64,000 nucleotides of DNA from an uncultured Planctomycetota bacterium (GCA_963752285.1 CAVVXN010000005.1:2283333-2347332), one strand, 5' to 3'. Shown: positions 1 through 10,538, counted from the first letter of the stretch. Notes: generated from the letters alone by a model not told the origin. Numbers and translations: made by a program.

Positions 1-847
1 GTCCGGTCGGCGCGAGGAGCCGGCCCGTCTGCGCGAGGGCGACGACGAAGAGGAGCGCGAGCAGGGCGGCGAGCCACGTCGCGCGGAGCCACGCGTCGAT
101 CCGGGTCGCGGCCACGCGGCCCTCCTCGTCCCGGCGCCAGAGCCAGAAGCGTCCCCAGGGCCAGTGGACGAGCCCGCGACCCGCGACGACGGCGAACGGA
201 CCGAAGAGCGCGAGCGGGACCCAGCCCGGCAGCGCGGCGAACGCGAGGAAGAGACCCACGAACGCGGCGACGCGGAGGACCAGGCGCCGCGCGCGTGTCG
301 CCGGTGGCGCGCGGTCCGCGCGGCCGGGAACGAGACCGAGCGTGGAGACGAGACCGAACAGGAGCCACAGGAGCGTCAGGAGGAGCACGTACGGCGTGTA
401 CGCGAGGTGCCACCGCGTGAAGAGGAGCGCATCCGGGATCTGGGGACCCAGGAGGAGGGCCACGACCACGAGCCCCGAGAGCACGAGGAGCGTCGTCCGG
501 CGCGGCGCCCATGCACACGGGGTCGGCGCCTCGGGCAGGCGGAACGCGAGCGCCGCGGCGGGCTCGGTTCGGCGCGCGACCGCTTCGACCGCGCGCCGCA
601 CCGCGTGCGCGAAGCGTCGGCTCAGCGGCGCCCGGCCGGAGCGCGCCCCGTTCGCGAGCGCCCCCACCGTGAGGAGCAGGAGCAGCACACCCACCACGTC
701 GCCCGACTCGTCGGGGAACGCGCGGCCGAACCCCTCGAGGATCGCGATCCCGAGCCCGAGAAGGCCCGCCTCGAGGAGGAGGTCCCCCGCGTGGTTCGGG
801 TGGATCTCGCGCGCGAGTCGAAGGCGTAGGCTCGTGAAGAAGCGCAT
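1..847 (-). CDS. Multi-pass membrane protein, 3' end beyond window start
   Basis: Hand translation from ATG 847: MRFFTSLRLRLAREIHPNHAGDLLLEAGLLGLGIAIL..., with several hydrophobic stretches (VVGVLLLLLTVGAL, LLVLSGLVVVALLLG, YVLLLTLLWLLFGLV). Absent from the ORF track, consistent with its stop lying outside the window. Confidence 0.7.
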   Translation of the reverse strand, partial: MRFFTSLRLRLAREIHPNHAGDLLLEAGLLGLGIAILEGFGRAFPDESGDVVGVLLLLLTVGALANGARSGRAPLSRRFAHAVRRAVEAVARRTEPAAALAFRLPEAPTPCAWAPRRTTLLVLSGLVVVALLLGPQIPDALLFTRWHLAYTPYVLLLTLLWLLFGLVSTLGLVPGRADRAPPATRARRLVLRVAAFVGLFLAFAALPGWVPLALFGPFAVVAGRGLVHWPWGRFWLWRRDEEGRVAATRIDAWLRATWLAALLALLFVVALAQTGRLLAPTG

Positions 848-940
848 CGGGGTCGCCCCACTCTACGCCGCGGGCCGCCGGCCTGCCCCGACAGGTGGGC
901 GGCCGCCCCGGCCCGCGGCGGGGGTGGGCGAAGCGCTCGA

Positions 941-1132
941 TCAGATGTCGGGGCGATCGTCCACGAGGGCGAGCCCGTTCACGGCCTGCCAGAGCGAGGC
1001 CATCGCCTCCCTCACGTTCGCGGCGGCCGTCGGCGGGAGCGGGGACGCGGCGAGGCGGGCGAGGGCCTCGTACGCCTCGACGAGGCGCGCTTCCCAGTCC
1101 GTCATCTCGCGGCCGAGCAGGTCCTTCGCCAT
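941..1132 (-). CDS. Small hypothetical helical protein (~63 aa)
   Basis: MAKDLLGREMTDWEARLVEAYEAL...; starts 1 nt after the CoA-ligase stop and has protein-like composition. Confidence 0.65.
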   Translation of the reverse strand: MAKDLLGREMTDWEARLVEAYEALARLAASPLPPTAAANVREAMASLWQAVNGLALVDDRPDI

Positions 1133-1133
1133 C

Positions 1134-2480
1134 TCAGCTCCCACTCCCCTTCACGACGCGGTCGTCTTTCACCCGCTTCGCCTTGAGCTCGAAGCGCGGC
1201 AGGAGACCGGTCTCGACGCGGCGCACCACGAAGCCCAGCCCCTCGTGATGCGTGGAGAGGTCCTTCTGGAGTCGCGGCTCGACCGACGACCAGTCGCCCT
1301 CGTGGCCCTCGCGGACCTCGCACAGCACCTCGATCTCGTCGCGGATGCCCTCGGCCGTGTACAGGTGGATCTGGAACTCGTCCACGGCCGGGTACTCCCG
1401 CACGATCGCCTCCACGGCTCGGGGGTACACGTTCGTCCCGCGGATGAGGAGCATGTCGTCCACGCGCCCCCGGATGCCGCCTTCGTAGAGGTCCCAGGTC
1501 CGGCCGCAGTCGCACGTGTCGTGGGGAACCTTGAGGACGAGGTCACGGGTGCGGTAGCGGAGCAGCGGGATCATCCCGCGCCCGAACGAGGTCACCACCC
1601 GCTCGCCCTGCTCGCCGTACCCGATGGGGTCGCCGGTCGCGGGGTCCACGACCTCCTCGATGAAGTGGTCCTCGATGACGTGCGTGCCGCCCGGCTGACG
1701 TTCGCACTCGAACATGAGGATCGTGCCGATCTCGGTCATGCCGGCCGTGTCGGCCGCCTTCGCGCCCCACTGGTCCTCGATCATGCGCTTCGACGCGGGA
1801 ATGGAACCCGCGGGCTCGCCGGAGAGGACCAACCGCTCGACGGGCCCGGTCCGGAGGTCGATGCCCAGGGCCGCGGCCTCCTGCGCGAGACGGAGCGCGT
1901 AGGTGGGCGTCGCGCAGACGACCGTGGCCTCCATCTCGTCGATCATCTCGACGCGCTGCGAGGTGGTCATGTTGCCCGAAGGGATGACGAGGCAGCCCAT
2001 CTTCTCGCAGCCGTAGTGCGCCCCCCAGAAGCCGATGAACGTGCCGTACGAGAACGCGAAGAAGACCCGGTCCTTCGGACGCACGCCGAAGCCGTGGAAC
2101 GCGTAGCACCAGCATTCCGCGATCCACTTCCAGTCGATGCGGCCGTCGAGGACGCGGAGCGGCGTCCGGCCCGAGGTGCCGGACGTCGTGTGATAGCGCA
2201 CCGCGCGGTCCACGGGCCGGACCAGCATGTCGCCGAACGGCGGATGCTCCTGCTGACACGACATCCAGGCGTCCCGCGTCGTGAAGGGGATCTTCGACAG
2301 GTCCGCGAGCCCCCCCACGTCGTCCGGCGTGATCCCGGCCCGGTCGAAGAGCCGTCGGTGGAACGCGCTCCCGTCGTACGCACGCCGCACGAGCAAGCGG
2401 AGACGGAGCCCCTGGAGGGCGGCGAGGTCCCTCCTCGGGAGCGTCTCGAGCTTCGGGTTCCAGAAGCGGTCGTCGGGCAT
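1134..2480 (-). CDS. Phenylacetate-CoA ligase family (PaaK-like) aryl-CoA ligase
   Basis: P-loop TTSGTSG, FFAFSYGTFIG, SGEP, AGMTE, PLLRYRTRD, GRVDDMLLIRGTNVYP, C-terminal KAKRV. Confidence 0.9.
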   Translation of the reverse strand: MPDDRFWNPKLETLPRRDLAALQGLRLRLLVRRAYDGSAFHRRLFDRAGITPDDVGGLADLSKIPFTTRDAWMSCQQEHPPFGDMLVRPVDRAVRYHTTSGTSGRTPLRVLDGRIDWKWIAECWCYAFHGFGVRPKDRVFFAFSYGTFIGFWGAHYGCEKMGCLVIPSGNMTTSQRVEMIDEMEATVVCATPTYALRLAQEAAALGIDLRTGPVERLVLSGEPAGSIPASKRMIEDQWGAKAADTAGMTEIGTILMFECERQPGGTHVIEDHFIEEVVDPATGDPIGYGEQGERVVTSFGRGMIPLLRYRTRDLVLKVPHDTCDCGRTWDLYEGGIRGRVDDMLLIRGTNVYPRAVEAIVREYPAVDEFQIHLYTAEGIRDEIEVLCEVREGHEGDWSSVEPRLQKDLSTHHEGLGFVVRRVETGLLPRFELKAKRVKDDRVVKGSGS

Positions 2481-2653
2481 CGGCCGGGGGACCCTCCTCC
2501 CGCCCCGCCGCGGGGCGGCGGCGAGGGTAGCGACCTCGCGGGGCCCGCGCGAGGCCCGGGTCCGCCGCGCGCGCCGCGCCCCCGGCCGACGGGTAGGCTC
2601 CGGCGCCGGGTCGCCGGGCGGGCCCGGCCGGCCTGCGAGACGAGGGAGCCGGG

Positions 2654-3103
2654 ATGGCGTTTCGCTGCGAGATCCCCGTGCGGTTCGCCGACTGCGACGC
2701 GGCGTGGATCGTCTACCACCCGCGGATCCCCCACTTCTGCCACGTCGCGATGGAGACGATGTTCGCGCGCCACGTGGGCGTGCCGTACGCGAGGGCGCTC
2801 CGCGAGGAAGACGTCGGGTACCCGACCGTGCGGCTCGAGGCCGAGTACCGGCGGCCGATCCCGATGGGCGCGACGCTCCTGGTGGACGTCTCCGTCGCGC
2901 GCCTGGGGAACCGGAGCGTGGACCTCCGCTACGAGGGGCGCCTCGCCGACGGCGCCGAGCCCGTCTTCGTCGTGCGCGCGCGGCAGGTCGCGACGAGCCT
3001 GGCCCGCTGGGAGAGCCGCGACATGCCCCCCCACCACCGGCAGGGATTCGCGGCGCTGCTCGAACGCGAGGACCCCCGGGCCGCGGACGGCCCGCGCCCC
3101 TGA
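2654..3103 (+). CDS. Acyl-CoA thioesterase (4-hydroxybenzoyl-CoA thioesterase-like hotdog fold)
   Basis: VRFADCDAAWIVYHP motif; EYRRPIPMG; LGNRSV. Confidence 0.85.
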   Translation: MAFRCEIPVRFADCDAAWIVYHPRIPHFCHVAMETMFARHVGVPYARALREEDVGYPTVRLEAEYRRPIPMGATLLVDVSVARLGNRSVDLRYEGRLADGAEPVFVVRARQVATSLARWESRDMPPHHRQGFAALLEREDPRAADGPRP

Positions 3104-3107
3104 CCGG

Positions 3108-4655
3108 TCAGGGACGGCGCCGCGGCGCGAGGGCTTCCTTCGCCGCGGCGCGCACGGCGGCGTCGGGGTCGTCTTTCTCGAGCTTTCGGAGCACCCTCGC
3201 CACCCTCGAGGGGGGCCGCCCGATCGCCCCCAGGGCGCGCACGGCCGCCGCGCGCACGCTCGCCTCGGCGTCGCCGAGGGCGGAGAGCAGCTCGTCCACC
3301 GCGCCCTTCGCCGGCGCGCCGACCGCGCCGATCGCCTCGGCGGCGCCCTGGCGAAGCGTCGCGTCGTCGGAGCGAAGCGCCGTGAGGAGCGCCGGCAGCG
3401 CCGGGGCCGCACCCGATCCGAGCCGCGCGAGGCTCGCGAGGGCCGCGCGCCGCACGCCGGGATCGTCGTCCGCGAGGCGGTCCACGAGCGACGTCACCAC
3501 GTCGCCCGCCCCGGGCGCCGACGCGAGGTCGGACCGGCCGAGGGCCGTCACGACGGCGACGCGCACCGCGGCGTCGGTGCTCGCGAGCGCCGAGAGCAGC
3601 GCGGGCAACACGTCCTTCGCGTCCGCCCCCAGGTGCGAGACGACCTCGGCGGCCCGCGCCCGGACCGCGCCGTCCGCGTCGAGGAGGGCGCCCACGGCGG
3701 GCGCCGCGGCCGGGCCCATCGGGCGGCCGTCGGCGGCGAGGAGGACGAGCGCGCCGAGCGCCGCCTCGCGCGCATGCGCGCTGTTCTTGTCGCCGAGCGC
3801 CGCGCCGAGCGGACCGACCGCGGCGTCGAGCGCCGCGCGACGCGTCGGGTCCGCGGGACCGCGCTCGGCTGCGACCTTGGCGTCCACGCTCGCGATCTTC
3901 CCGATCGCGGACGCGGCGGCGAGGCGGACGCTCCAGTCGTCCGCCGCGAGGAGTCGCGTGGCCGCGGCGACCACCGCGCCCCGCACGCCGTCGCGCTGCA
4001 TCTCCGTGAGCGCGAGAACGGCTTCTCGCGCCACGCGCGGGTCCTCGCTTTCGAGCGCGGCCTCGAGTCGCGCCGCGCCGGCGTCGTCGCCGGGCCGGGC
4101 GAGGAAGAGCGCGTGCGCGGCCGCCATCGCCCGGAGCGGCGCGTCCGACGCGAGCGTCTTCTCGAGGTAGGGCACGGCCGCCGAGCCGAGGCGCACGAAC
4201 GCGTCGCCGGCCTTCACGCGGACGTCCGTCTCCTCGTCGGCCATCGCGTCGAGGAGGGCGGCGAGCGACTCGTCGCCGGTCGCGCGCACGTGGCCGAGCG
4301 ACTCCACCGCGGCGCCGCGCACGTTCCATACGGCGTCCTTCGTGAGCGGCACGAGCGCCGGCGCCGCCGACGCGCCCTTCTCGCCGAGCCCCCCGACCGC
4401 GACGGCGGCCCAGTAGCGGACGAGCTGGCTCCGGTCTCCGAGCGCCGTCTCGATCGCGGGCAGGGCCTCCTTTGCGTGGACGCCCATCTTCGCGAGGGCC
4501 TCGGCCGCCGCGGCGCGGACCTCCTTGTCGGGGTTCGCGAGCCGCTCGGCCTCGGCCTTCGCGTCGGCCCGCGCCGGGCGCGCGAGGAGGAGCGGGGACG
4601 AGAGCGCGACGACGAGGAGGACGAGGTGCGAAGGGCGCGTGGGCGTCGTCGGCAT
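3108..4655 (-). CDS. Secreted HEAT/PBS-lyase repeat protein
   Basis: Signal peptide (HLVLLVVALSSPLLLARPARA) followed by many L-x-D-x-D-xx-VRxxAAxALG repeats. Confidence 0.85.
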   Translation of the reverse strand: MPTTPTRPSHLVLLVVALSSPLLLARPARADAKAEAERLANPDKEVRAAAAEALAKMGVHAKEALPAIETALGDRSQLVRYWAAVAVGGLGEKGASAAPALVPLTKDAVWNVRGAAVESLGHVRATGDESLAALLDAMADEETDVRVKAGDAFVRLGSAAVPYLEKTLASDAPLRAMAAAHALFLARPGDDAGAARLEAALESEDPRVAREAVLALTEMQRDGVRGAVVAAATRLLAADDWSVRLAAASAIGKIASVDAKVAAERGPADPTRRAALDAAVGPLGAALGDKNSAHAREAALGALVLLAADGRPMGPAAAPAVGALLDADGAVRARAAEVVSHLGADAKDVLPALLSALASTDAAVRVAVVTALGRSDLASAPGAGDVVTSLVDRLADDDPGVRRAALASLARLGSGAAPALPALLTALRSDDATLRQGAAEAIGAVGAPAKGAVDELLSALGDAEASVRAAAVRALGAIGRPPSRVARVLRKLEKDDPDAAVRAAAKEALAPRRRP

Positions 4656-4666
4656 GGGGAGGTGTC

Positions 4667-5611
4667 TCACGGGGTACGTGGGCCAGGATACGGCGGCGCT
4701 TCCACGCCCCGGCCCGCGAGCGGATGGCCGAGGTACGGCGCCACGAGTCGCGAGGCCTCGCGCTGCCGCTCCACGTCCACGCCGTGCCGGATCCCGAGCC
4801 GCTCGAGCAGGTAGAGCGCGTCCTCGGTGGCGAGGTTTCCCGCCGCGCGCGGCGCGAACGGGCAGCCCCCGACACCGCCGCTGCTCGCGTCGTACGCGGC
4901 CACGCCGTGGCGGAGCCCCTCCATCAGGTTCGCCACGGCCGTCCCGCGCGTGTCGTGGAAGTGGAGGACCACCTTCTCGGTCCCGACGAACGGCAGGAGG
5001 ACGTCGAGCAGGCGCGCGACGTCGAGCGGGGTCGCGGCGCCGATCGTGTCGCCGATCGAGATCTCGTCGCACCCGAGGTCGAGGAGCCGCGCGGAGACGT
5101 CGCGCACGGCGTCGGGCCGGATGGCGCCCTCGTACGGGCAGACGAAGGCCGTCGAGACGTAGCCGCGGAGCCGAAGGCGTGCGTCCTTGGCGCCGCGCGC
5201 GACGGGCCGGAAGCGCTCGATCGACTCGGCGATGGACGCGTTCACGTTGCGGCGGTTGAACGTCTCCGACGCGGCCGTGAACACGGCGACCTTGCCGATC
5301 GTGCCGACGGCGAGGGCGCGGTCCAGGCCCCTCTGGTTCGGTACGAGCGCGCCGTACACCACGCCGTCGGGTGGCGGGCCGAGCGCGCGAAAGAGCGCCT
5401 CGGCGTCGGCCAGCTGGGGCACCACGTCGGGCCGGACGAACGACGACACCTCGACGTCGCGGTGCCCCGCGGCGACGAGCGCGCGGACGAAGGCGGCCTT
5501 CACCTCGGTCGGAATGACGTCCGCCTCGTTCTGGAGACCGTCGCGCGGGCCCACCTCGGTCAGGCGGACCCCGCGGGGGACGGCGGACGGCGCGCTGGCG
5601 CCCGCGGTCAC
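4667..5611 (-). CDS. liuE: Hydroxymethylglutaryl-CoA lyase
   Basis: EVGPRDGLQNE, HFHDTRG, GGCPFAPRAAGNLATED; GTG start overlaps the upstream stop (GTGA). Confidence 0.93.
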   Translation of the reverse strand: MTAGASAPSAVPRGVRLTEVGPRDGLQNEADVIPTEVKAAFVRALVAAGHRDVEVSSFVRPDVVPQLADAEALFRALGPPPDGVVYGALVPNQRGLDRALAVGTIGKVAVFTAASETFNRRNVNASIAESIERFRPVARGAKDARLRLRGYVSTAFVCPYEGAIRPDAVRDVSARLLDLGCDEISIGDTIGAATPLDVARLLDVLLPFVGTEKVVLHFHDTRGTAVANLMEGLRHGVAAYDASSGGVGGCPFAPRAAGNLATEDALYLLERLGIRHGVDVERQREASRLVAPYLGHPLAGRGVEAPPYPGPRTP

Positions 5612-6123
5612 GCGGACACCTCGAACGTGACGACGGGGTCGTCCACCTTCACGCGGTCGCCCACCCGGCCCCGGACGTCCGCCACGGTCGCCGCGCGCGG
5701 GGCGCGGACCGCGTACTCCATCTTCATCGCCTCGACGACGAAGAGGACCTGACCCTCCTCGACCGCGTCGCCGGCGTTCACCGCCACGTTGAGGAGGACG
5801 CCCGTCATCGGGCTCGTGCACATGCGGGCGGGACCCGCGGCGCTCTCGGCGCGCCCGCGCCCCTCGGTCCGGAGCTCGTAGGTCTGGCCGTCCATCGCGA
5901 GCCAGAGCGTCGTGCCCTGGCGCGCGAGCACCGCGCGGTGACGTCGCCCCCCCACGCGGAGGATGACTGCGTCGCTCGCCGGACGGTGGACGTGCGCCTC
6001 GACCTTCGACCAGCCGGACGCCGTCTCGACCACGCCCACCACGCGGTCGTCCTCCAGGCGGACGTCGGCCGACACGACGAGGCCGCCGACGCGCCACGAC
6101 CGCTCGAGCCGTCCCCCACTCAC
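5608..6123 (-). CDS. Biotin carboxyl carrier (BT-BCCP part of methylcrotonyl-CoA carboxylase alpha)
   Basis: SPMTG and EAMKME biotinylation motif. Confidence 0.88.
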   Translation of the reverse strand: MSGGRLERSWRVGGLVVSADVRLEDDRVVGVVETASGWSKVEAHVHRPASDAVILRVGGRRHRAVLARQGTTLWLAMDGQTYELRTEGRGRAESAAGPARMCTSPMTGVLLNVAVNAGDAVEEGQVLFVVEAMKMEYAVRAPRAATVADVRGRVGDRVKVDDPVVTFEVSA

Positions 6124-6142
6124 GACGCTTCCTCGTCCCGGA

Positions 6143-7669
6143 TCATCCGCCGCCCCCGTTCGAGAGGCGGAACCCGCGGAGCGTAGCCCACGGCGAGGGC
6201 CTCGGCGCGCCGCCGTTCGACGACGCGCCGTGGCCCGGCGCCGTGCGCGGGAGGAGCAGGTGGGCCGCCGCGGCGAGGATCACGGGCGCCGTCGGCGGCG
6301 GCTCGTCGCAGAGCGTCTTCGAGGCGCGGTCGATGAAGTCCGTGCGGAGCCGGCCGGCACGGAAGTCCTCGTGCGCGAGGAGGCGGCGCAGGAAGCCGAC
6401 GTTGGTCCGGAGGCCCAGGACGACCGTCTCGGCCAGCGCGAGGTCCAGGCGGCGGAGCGCCTCCTCGCGGGTCTGCCCGTGCGCGATCACCTTCGCGAGG
6501 AGCGGGTCGTAGTGCGACGTCACCTCCATGCCGACGGCGAGGGCGGAGTCCACGCGCGTGCCGGGACCCTCGGGCTCGCGGAGCGCGAGGATCTTGCCGG
6601 ACGACGGCAAGAAGCCGCGCGCGGGGTCCTCCGCGTACACGCGCGCCTCGATCGCGTGGCCGCGCGGGAGGAACGCGTCGGGTTCGCGCGGGAGCGGCTC
6701 GCCGGCCGCCAGGCGGAGCTGCCACGCGACCAGGTCGAGCCCGAGCACGGCCTCGCTCACGGGATGCTCGACCTGGAGGCGGCGGTTCATCTCGAGGAAG
6801 TGGAACCGCCCGTCCTCGTCGAGGAGGAACTCGACGGTGCCCGCGTTGCGGTAGCCGAGCGCGCGGGCCGCGGCGGCGCCGGCCTCGTGGATGCGGCGGC
6901 GGAGGTCGTCGTCGAGGCCCGGGGCCGGCGTCTCCTCGAGCACCTTCTGGTGGCGGCGCTGCACGGAGCAGTCGCGCTCGCCGAGGACCACGACGTGCCC
7001 GGTGTCGTCGGCCAACACTTGCACCTCGACGTGACGCACGTGCTGGAGGATCCTCTCGACGTAGAGCTCGGCGTCGCCGAACGCGCCGCCGGCCTCGCGA
7101 CGCGCGGCCTCGGCGCCGGGGAGCAGCTCCGCCTCAGAGTGCACCTCGCGCATGCCCTTCCCGCCGCCGCCCCGCGCGGCCTTCAGGAGCAGCGGGTAGC
7201 CGAGCTCGTTCGCGATGGCGAGCAGGGCGTCTCCGTCGTCGGGCACGACCTCGAGCGGACCGGGGATGACGGGGACCCCCGCCTTCGCGACGAGGCGCTT
7301 CACGGTCAGCTTGTCCGAGGACGCGGCCAGCACATCCGCCGGCGGGCCGATGAACACGAGGCCGGCGTCGTGGACGGCCTCTGCGAAGCGCGCGTCCTCG
7401 GAGAGGAACCCGTAGCCGGGGTGCACGGCGTCGGCGCCGCTCGACCGCGCGGCGGCGAGGAGCGCGTCCACGCGGAGATACGAGGCACGCGCCTCGGCGG
7501 GGCCGATCGACACGGCCTCGTCGGCCTCGAGCACGTGGCGGTGGTCGGCGTCGGCGTCGCTGTACACGGCGACCGAGCGGAGCCCGAGCGCGCGGAGCGT
7601 CCGGACGATCCGGAGCGCGATCTCGCCGCGGTTCGCGATCAGCACCTTCTCGAAGGGCAGGCGCGTCAT
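6143..7669 (-). CDS. liuD: Biotin carboxylase of methylcrotonyl-CoA carboxylase (alpha subunit, BC part)
   Basis: KVLIANRGEIA, HPGYGFLSE, GGGGKGM, ERDCSVQRRHQK, EMNRRLQVEHPV; liu operon context. Confidence 0.9.
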   Translation of the reverse strand: MTRLPFEKVLIANRGEIALRIVRTLRALGLRSVAVYSDADADHRHVLEADEAVSIGPAEARASYLRVDALLAAARSSGADAVHPGYGFLSEDARFAEAVHDAGLVFIGPPADVLAASSDKLTVKRLVAKAGVPVIPGPLEVVPDDGDALLAIANELGYPLLLKAARGGGGKGMREVHSEAELLPGAEAARREAGGAFGDAELYVERILQHVRHVEVQVLADDTGHVVVLGERDCSVQRRHQKVLEETPAPGLDDDLRRRIHEAGAAAARALGYRNAGTVEFLLDEDGRFHFLEMNRRLQVEHPVSEAVLGLDLVAWQLRLAAGEPLPREPDAFLPRGHAIEARVYAEDPARGFLPSSGKILALREPEGPGTRVDSALAVGMEVTSHYDPLLAKVIAHGQTREEALRRLDLALAETVVLGLRTNVGFLRRLLAHEDFRAGRLRTDFIDRASKTLCDEPPPTAPVILAAAAHLLLPRTAPGHGASSNGGAPRPSPWATLRGFRLSNGGGG

Positions 7670-8463
7670 CGGGCGGGCCCCCACGGCGGCGGCCGTCGCG
7701 CGAGGAACGCCCCCGTCCCCGCACGGCCGTCCGCCGACGCGCGCGCCTCGGCGATCGCCTCGCGGGCGAGGCGCTGGCGGTCGGCGTCGGTAGCCGCGTG
7801 GAGGAGGTCGCGGGTCAGCGCCTTCGCGCGCCGGACGGCGTCGGGCGAGGTCTGGCGGACCTCGCCGAGGGCCTCGGCCACGGCCTCGTCGAGGCGCGCC
7901 GCGGGGACGACGCGGTCCACGAGGCCGAGGCGCAGCGCCTCCTCGGCCTCGAGGACCCGGCCCGTGACGAACAGGCGGCGCGCGGCGCCCGCGCCGATCC
8001 GTCGGAGCACGTAGGGCGCGACGACGCCCGGGACGAGGCCGAGGCGGACCTCCGGAAAGCCGAGGCGCGTTCCCTCGGCGGCGATCGCCACGTCGGCGAC
8101 CGCGACCAGGCCCGCGCCGCCGCCGAGCGCCGCGCCCGTGACGCGCGCGAGGACCACGTGCGGGCACCGGTCGATCGCGTCGTACGCCCGCTGGAACGCC
8201 TCGGCGTCGGCGAGGTTCTCGTCGGGCCCGTAGTCGGCGACGCGCCGCATCCACGCGAGGTCCCCGCCCGCGCAGAAGACCGGCCCCGCGCCCTCGAGGA
8301 CGACCGCGCGCACCCCGTCCTCGCCCGCGAGGTCCACGAACGCCCGCTCGAGCTCGGCCGCGAGACGGTCGTCGAACGCGTTCCGCTTGGCGGCGCGGTC
8401 GAGGACCACGCGCGCGTGGTCCCCCTCTCTTCGGACGACGAGGCTCGGCGCGGTGTCGCTCAT
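7666..8463 (-). CDS. liuC: Methylglutaconyl-CoA hydratase (crotonase family)
   Basis: KRNAFD, FCAGGDLAWM, GAALGGG, FPEVRLGLVP; lies between the carboxylase subunit genes. Confidence 0.85.
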   Translation of the reverse strand: MSDTAPSLVVRREGDHARVVLDRAAKRNAFDDRLAAELERAFVDLAGEDGVRAVVLEGAGPVFCAGGDLAWMRRVADYGPDENLADAEAFQRAYDAIDRCPHVVLARVTGAALGGGAGLVAVADVAIAAEGTRLGFPEVRLGLVPGVVAPYVLRRIGAGAARRLFVTGRVLEAEEALRLGLVDRVVPAARLDEAVAEALGEVRQTSPDAVRRAKALTRDLLHAATDADRQRLAREAIAEARASADGRAGTGAFLARRPPPWGPAR

Positions 8464-8466
8464 CGG

Positions 8467-10089
8467 CTACATGCGGTACACGGGCGCCGCGGGCGCGGGA
8501 TCGGGGGCGTGGAGCGTCACGGCGAGCGCGAGGCCCAGGACGTCGCGCGTCTCGCGCGGGTCGATCACCCCGTCGTCCCAGAGGCGCGCGCTCCCGTAGT
8601 AGGGGTGGCCCTCGACCTCGTACTTCTCGCGGATGGGGTCGAGGATCGCCGCCTCCTCGTCGGGGTCGAGAGCGGGCGCGCCCTCGTACGCGCGCTGGTC
8701 GCGCTTCACCGTGAGCAGCGTCTGCGCGGCCTGCTCGCCCCCCATCACGCTGATCCGAGCGTTCGGCCAGGTGAAGAGGAAGCGCGGGTCGTACGCGCGC
8801 CCGCACATCCCGTAGTTGCCCGCGCCGAACGACGAGCCGATGACCACGGTGATGCGCGGCACGTTCACGGTCGCGACGGCCTGCACCATCTTCGCCCCGT
8901 CCCGCGCGATGCCGCCGTTCTCGGCCTCCTTCCCGACCATGAAGCCCGTCACGTTCTGGAGGAAGAGCAGCGGAATCCCGCGCTGGCCGCACAGGAGGAC
9001 GAAGTGCGCGCCCTTCCGCGCGGACTCGGCGAAGAGGACGCCGTTGTTCGCGACGATGCCCACGGGGTAGCCGTGCAGGTGCGCGAAGCCGGTGACGAGC
9101 GTGGTGCCGTAGCGCGCCTTGAACTCCTGGAAGCGGCTCCCGTCCGCGATCCGCGCGATGACCTCGCGCACGTCGTACGGGATACGCAGGTCGGTCGGGA
9201 GGATCCCGAGGATCTCGTCCGGCGGATAGAGCGGGGGCTCCGGCTCCCTGCGGTCGAGCGTGCGCGGCGGCGGCCGGTTCAGGCTCTCGAGGATCGACCG
9301 GAGCAGCGAGATGGCGTGGTCGTCGTCCTCCGCGAAGTGGTCGGCGACGCCGCTCACGCGCGTGTGGACGTCCGCGCCGCCGAGGTCCTCGGCCGACACC
9401 TCCTCGCCGGTCGCCGCCTTCACGAGGGGCGGCCCCGCGAGGAAGATGGTCCCCGCGCCCTTCACGATCACGGCCTCGTCGCTCATCGCGGGCACGTACG
9501 CGCCGCCCGCGGTGCACGACCCGAGGACCGCGGAGATCTGCGGAACCCGGAGCGACGAGAGGACCGCCTGGTTGCGGAAGATGCGGCCGAAGTGGAGCCG
9601 GTCCGGGAAGACCTCGGCCTGGAGCGGCAGGAACGCGCCGCCGGAGTCCACGAGGTACACGCAGGGGAGACGGTTCTCGATCGCCACCTCTTGCGCGCGG
9701 ACGTGCTTCTTGACGGTCAGGGGGTGATAGCTCCCTCCCTTCACGGTCGCGTCGTTCGCGAGGACCATCGTGACGCGGCCGTGGACGAGGCCGATGCCCG
9801 TGACGATGCCGGCGGCCGGCACGTCGCTCCCGTACACGCCGTGCGCCGCGAGGGGCGAGAGCTCGAGGAAGGGGCTCCCGGGGTCGAGCAGCCGGTCGAT
9901 GCGCTCGCGAGGCAGCACCTTGCCCCGCTCCTTGTGCTTCCGCCGGGCCTTCTCGGGCCCGCCGAGGCGGATGCGGGCGAGGAGCGCGCGGAGGTCCTCG
10001 ACCTCGGCGAGGTGCCGCTCGAGGTTCGTGCGGTACGTGTCCGAGCTCGCGTCTACGTGGGTGGGCAGGACGTCCATCGGGCGCGGCAT
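8467..10089 (-). CDS. liuB: Methylcrotonyl-CoA carboxylase carboxyltransferase (beta) subunit
   Basis: [54 protein letters not shown]; alternative start ATG 10077. Confidence 0.93.
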   Translation of the reverse strand: MPRPMDVLPTHVDASSDTYRTNLERHLAEVEDLRALLARIRLGGPEKARRKHKERGKVLPRERIDRLLDPGSPFLELSPLAAHGVYGSDVPAAGIVTGIGLVHGRVTMVLANDATVKGGSYHPLTVKKHVRAQEVAIENRLPCVYLVDSGGAFLPLQAEVFPDRLHFGRIFRNQAVLSSLRVPQISAVLGSCTAGGAYVPAMSDEAVIVKGAGTIFLAGPPLVKAATGEEVSAEDLGGADVHTRVSGVADHFAEDDDHAISLLRSILESLNRPPPRTLDRREPEPPLYPPDEILGILPTDLRIPYDVREVIARIADGSRFQEFKARYGTTLVTGFAHLHGYPVGIVANNGVLFAESARKGAHFVLLCGQRGIPLLFLQNVTGFMVGKEAENGGIARDGAKMVQAVATVNVPRITVVIGSSFGAGNYGMCGRAYDPRFLFTWPNARISVMGGEQAAQTLLTVKRDQRAYEGAPALDPDEEAAILDPIREKYEVEGHPYYGSARLWDDGVIDPRETRDVLGLALAVTLHAPDPAPAAPVYRM

Positions 10090-10156
10090 CGTACCGCCCC
10101 CGGCCCGGGAGCCCGTCGGCTCCGCCGGGGGAACCGACCCGGCGGCGTCGTGGCCG

Positions 10157-10429
10157 CTACTCGACCGTCACGACGGTTCGCACCTCGGGGACGTGGTCCC
10201 TGAGCGCGCGCTCGATCCCCATCTTGAGGGTCATCGTGCTGCTCGGACACGAGTTGCAGGCGCCCTGGAGTCTCAGCGTGACGACGCCCTCGTCGTACGC
10301 GAGGTACTCGAGGTCCCCGCCGTCCCGCTGCAAGAACGGTCGGATCTGCTCGAGGATCGCCTGGACCTTCTCGGCGGGCGTCTTCGCGACCTCGCCCGCG
10401 GAGGGTCCCGAGGCAGGCGGCGTGGACAT
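10157..10429 (-). CDS. NifU C-terminal/Nfu-type Fe-S carrier
   Basis: [11 protein letters not shown]...[20 protein letters not shown] (CxxC). Confidence 0.92.
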   Translation of the reverse strand: MSTPPASGPSAGEVAKTPAEKVQAILEQIRPFLQRDGGDLEYLAYDEGVVTLRLQGACNSCPSSTMTLKMGIERALRDHVPEVRTVVTVE

Positions 10430-10538
10430 GGCGGCTCCCGGGGGACGTGGCTCGCCTAGAGGATAGCCGTCCGATCGGCGGCGGTCGCCCCGGTACGCTG
10501 GGTTCGGGCCCGGTCCGGGCCCGAGCGGGAGGCGCGGG

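Noticed and set aside
342..4814. Very long ORFs such as 342..4814, 15890..20854 (5' part), 19607..23692 and 36223..39465
   Set aside because: Arg/Ala/Pro-rich shadow frames opposite or out of frame with clearly recognisable genes, as expected in high-GC DNA.
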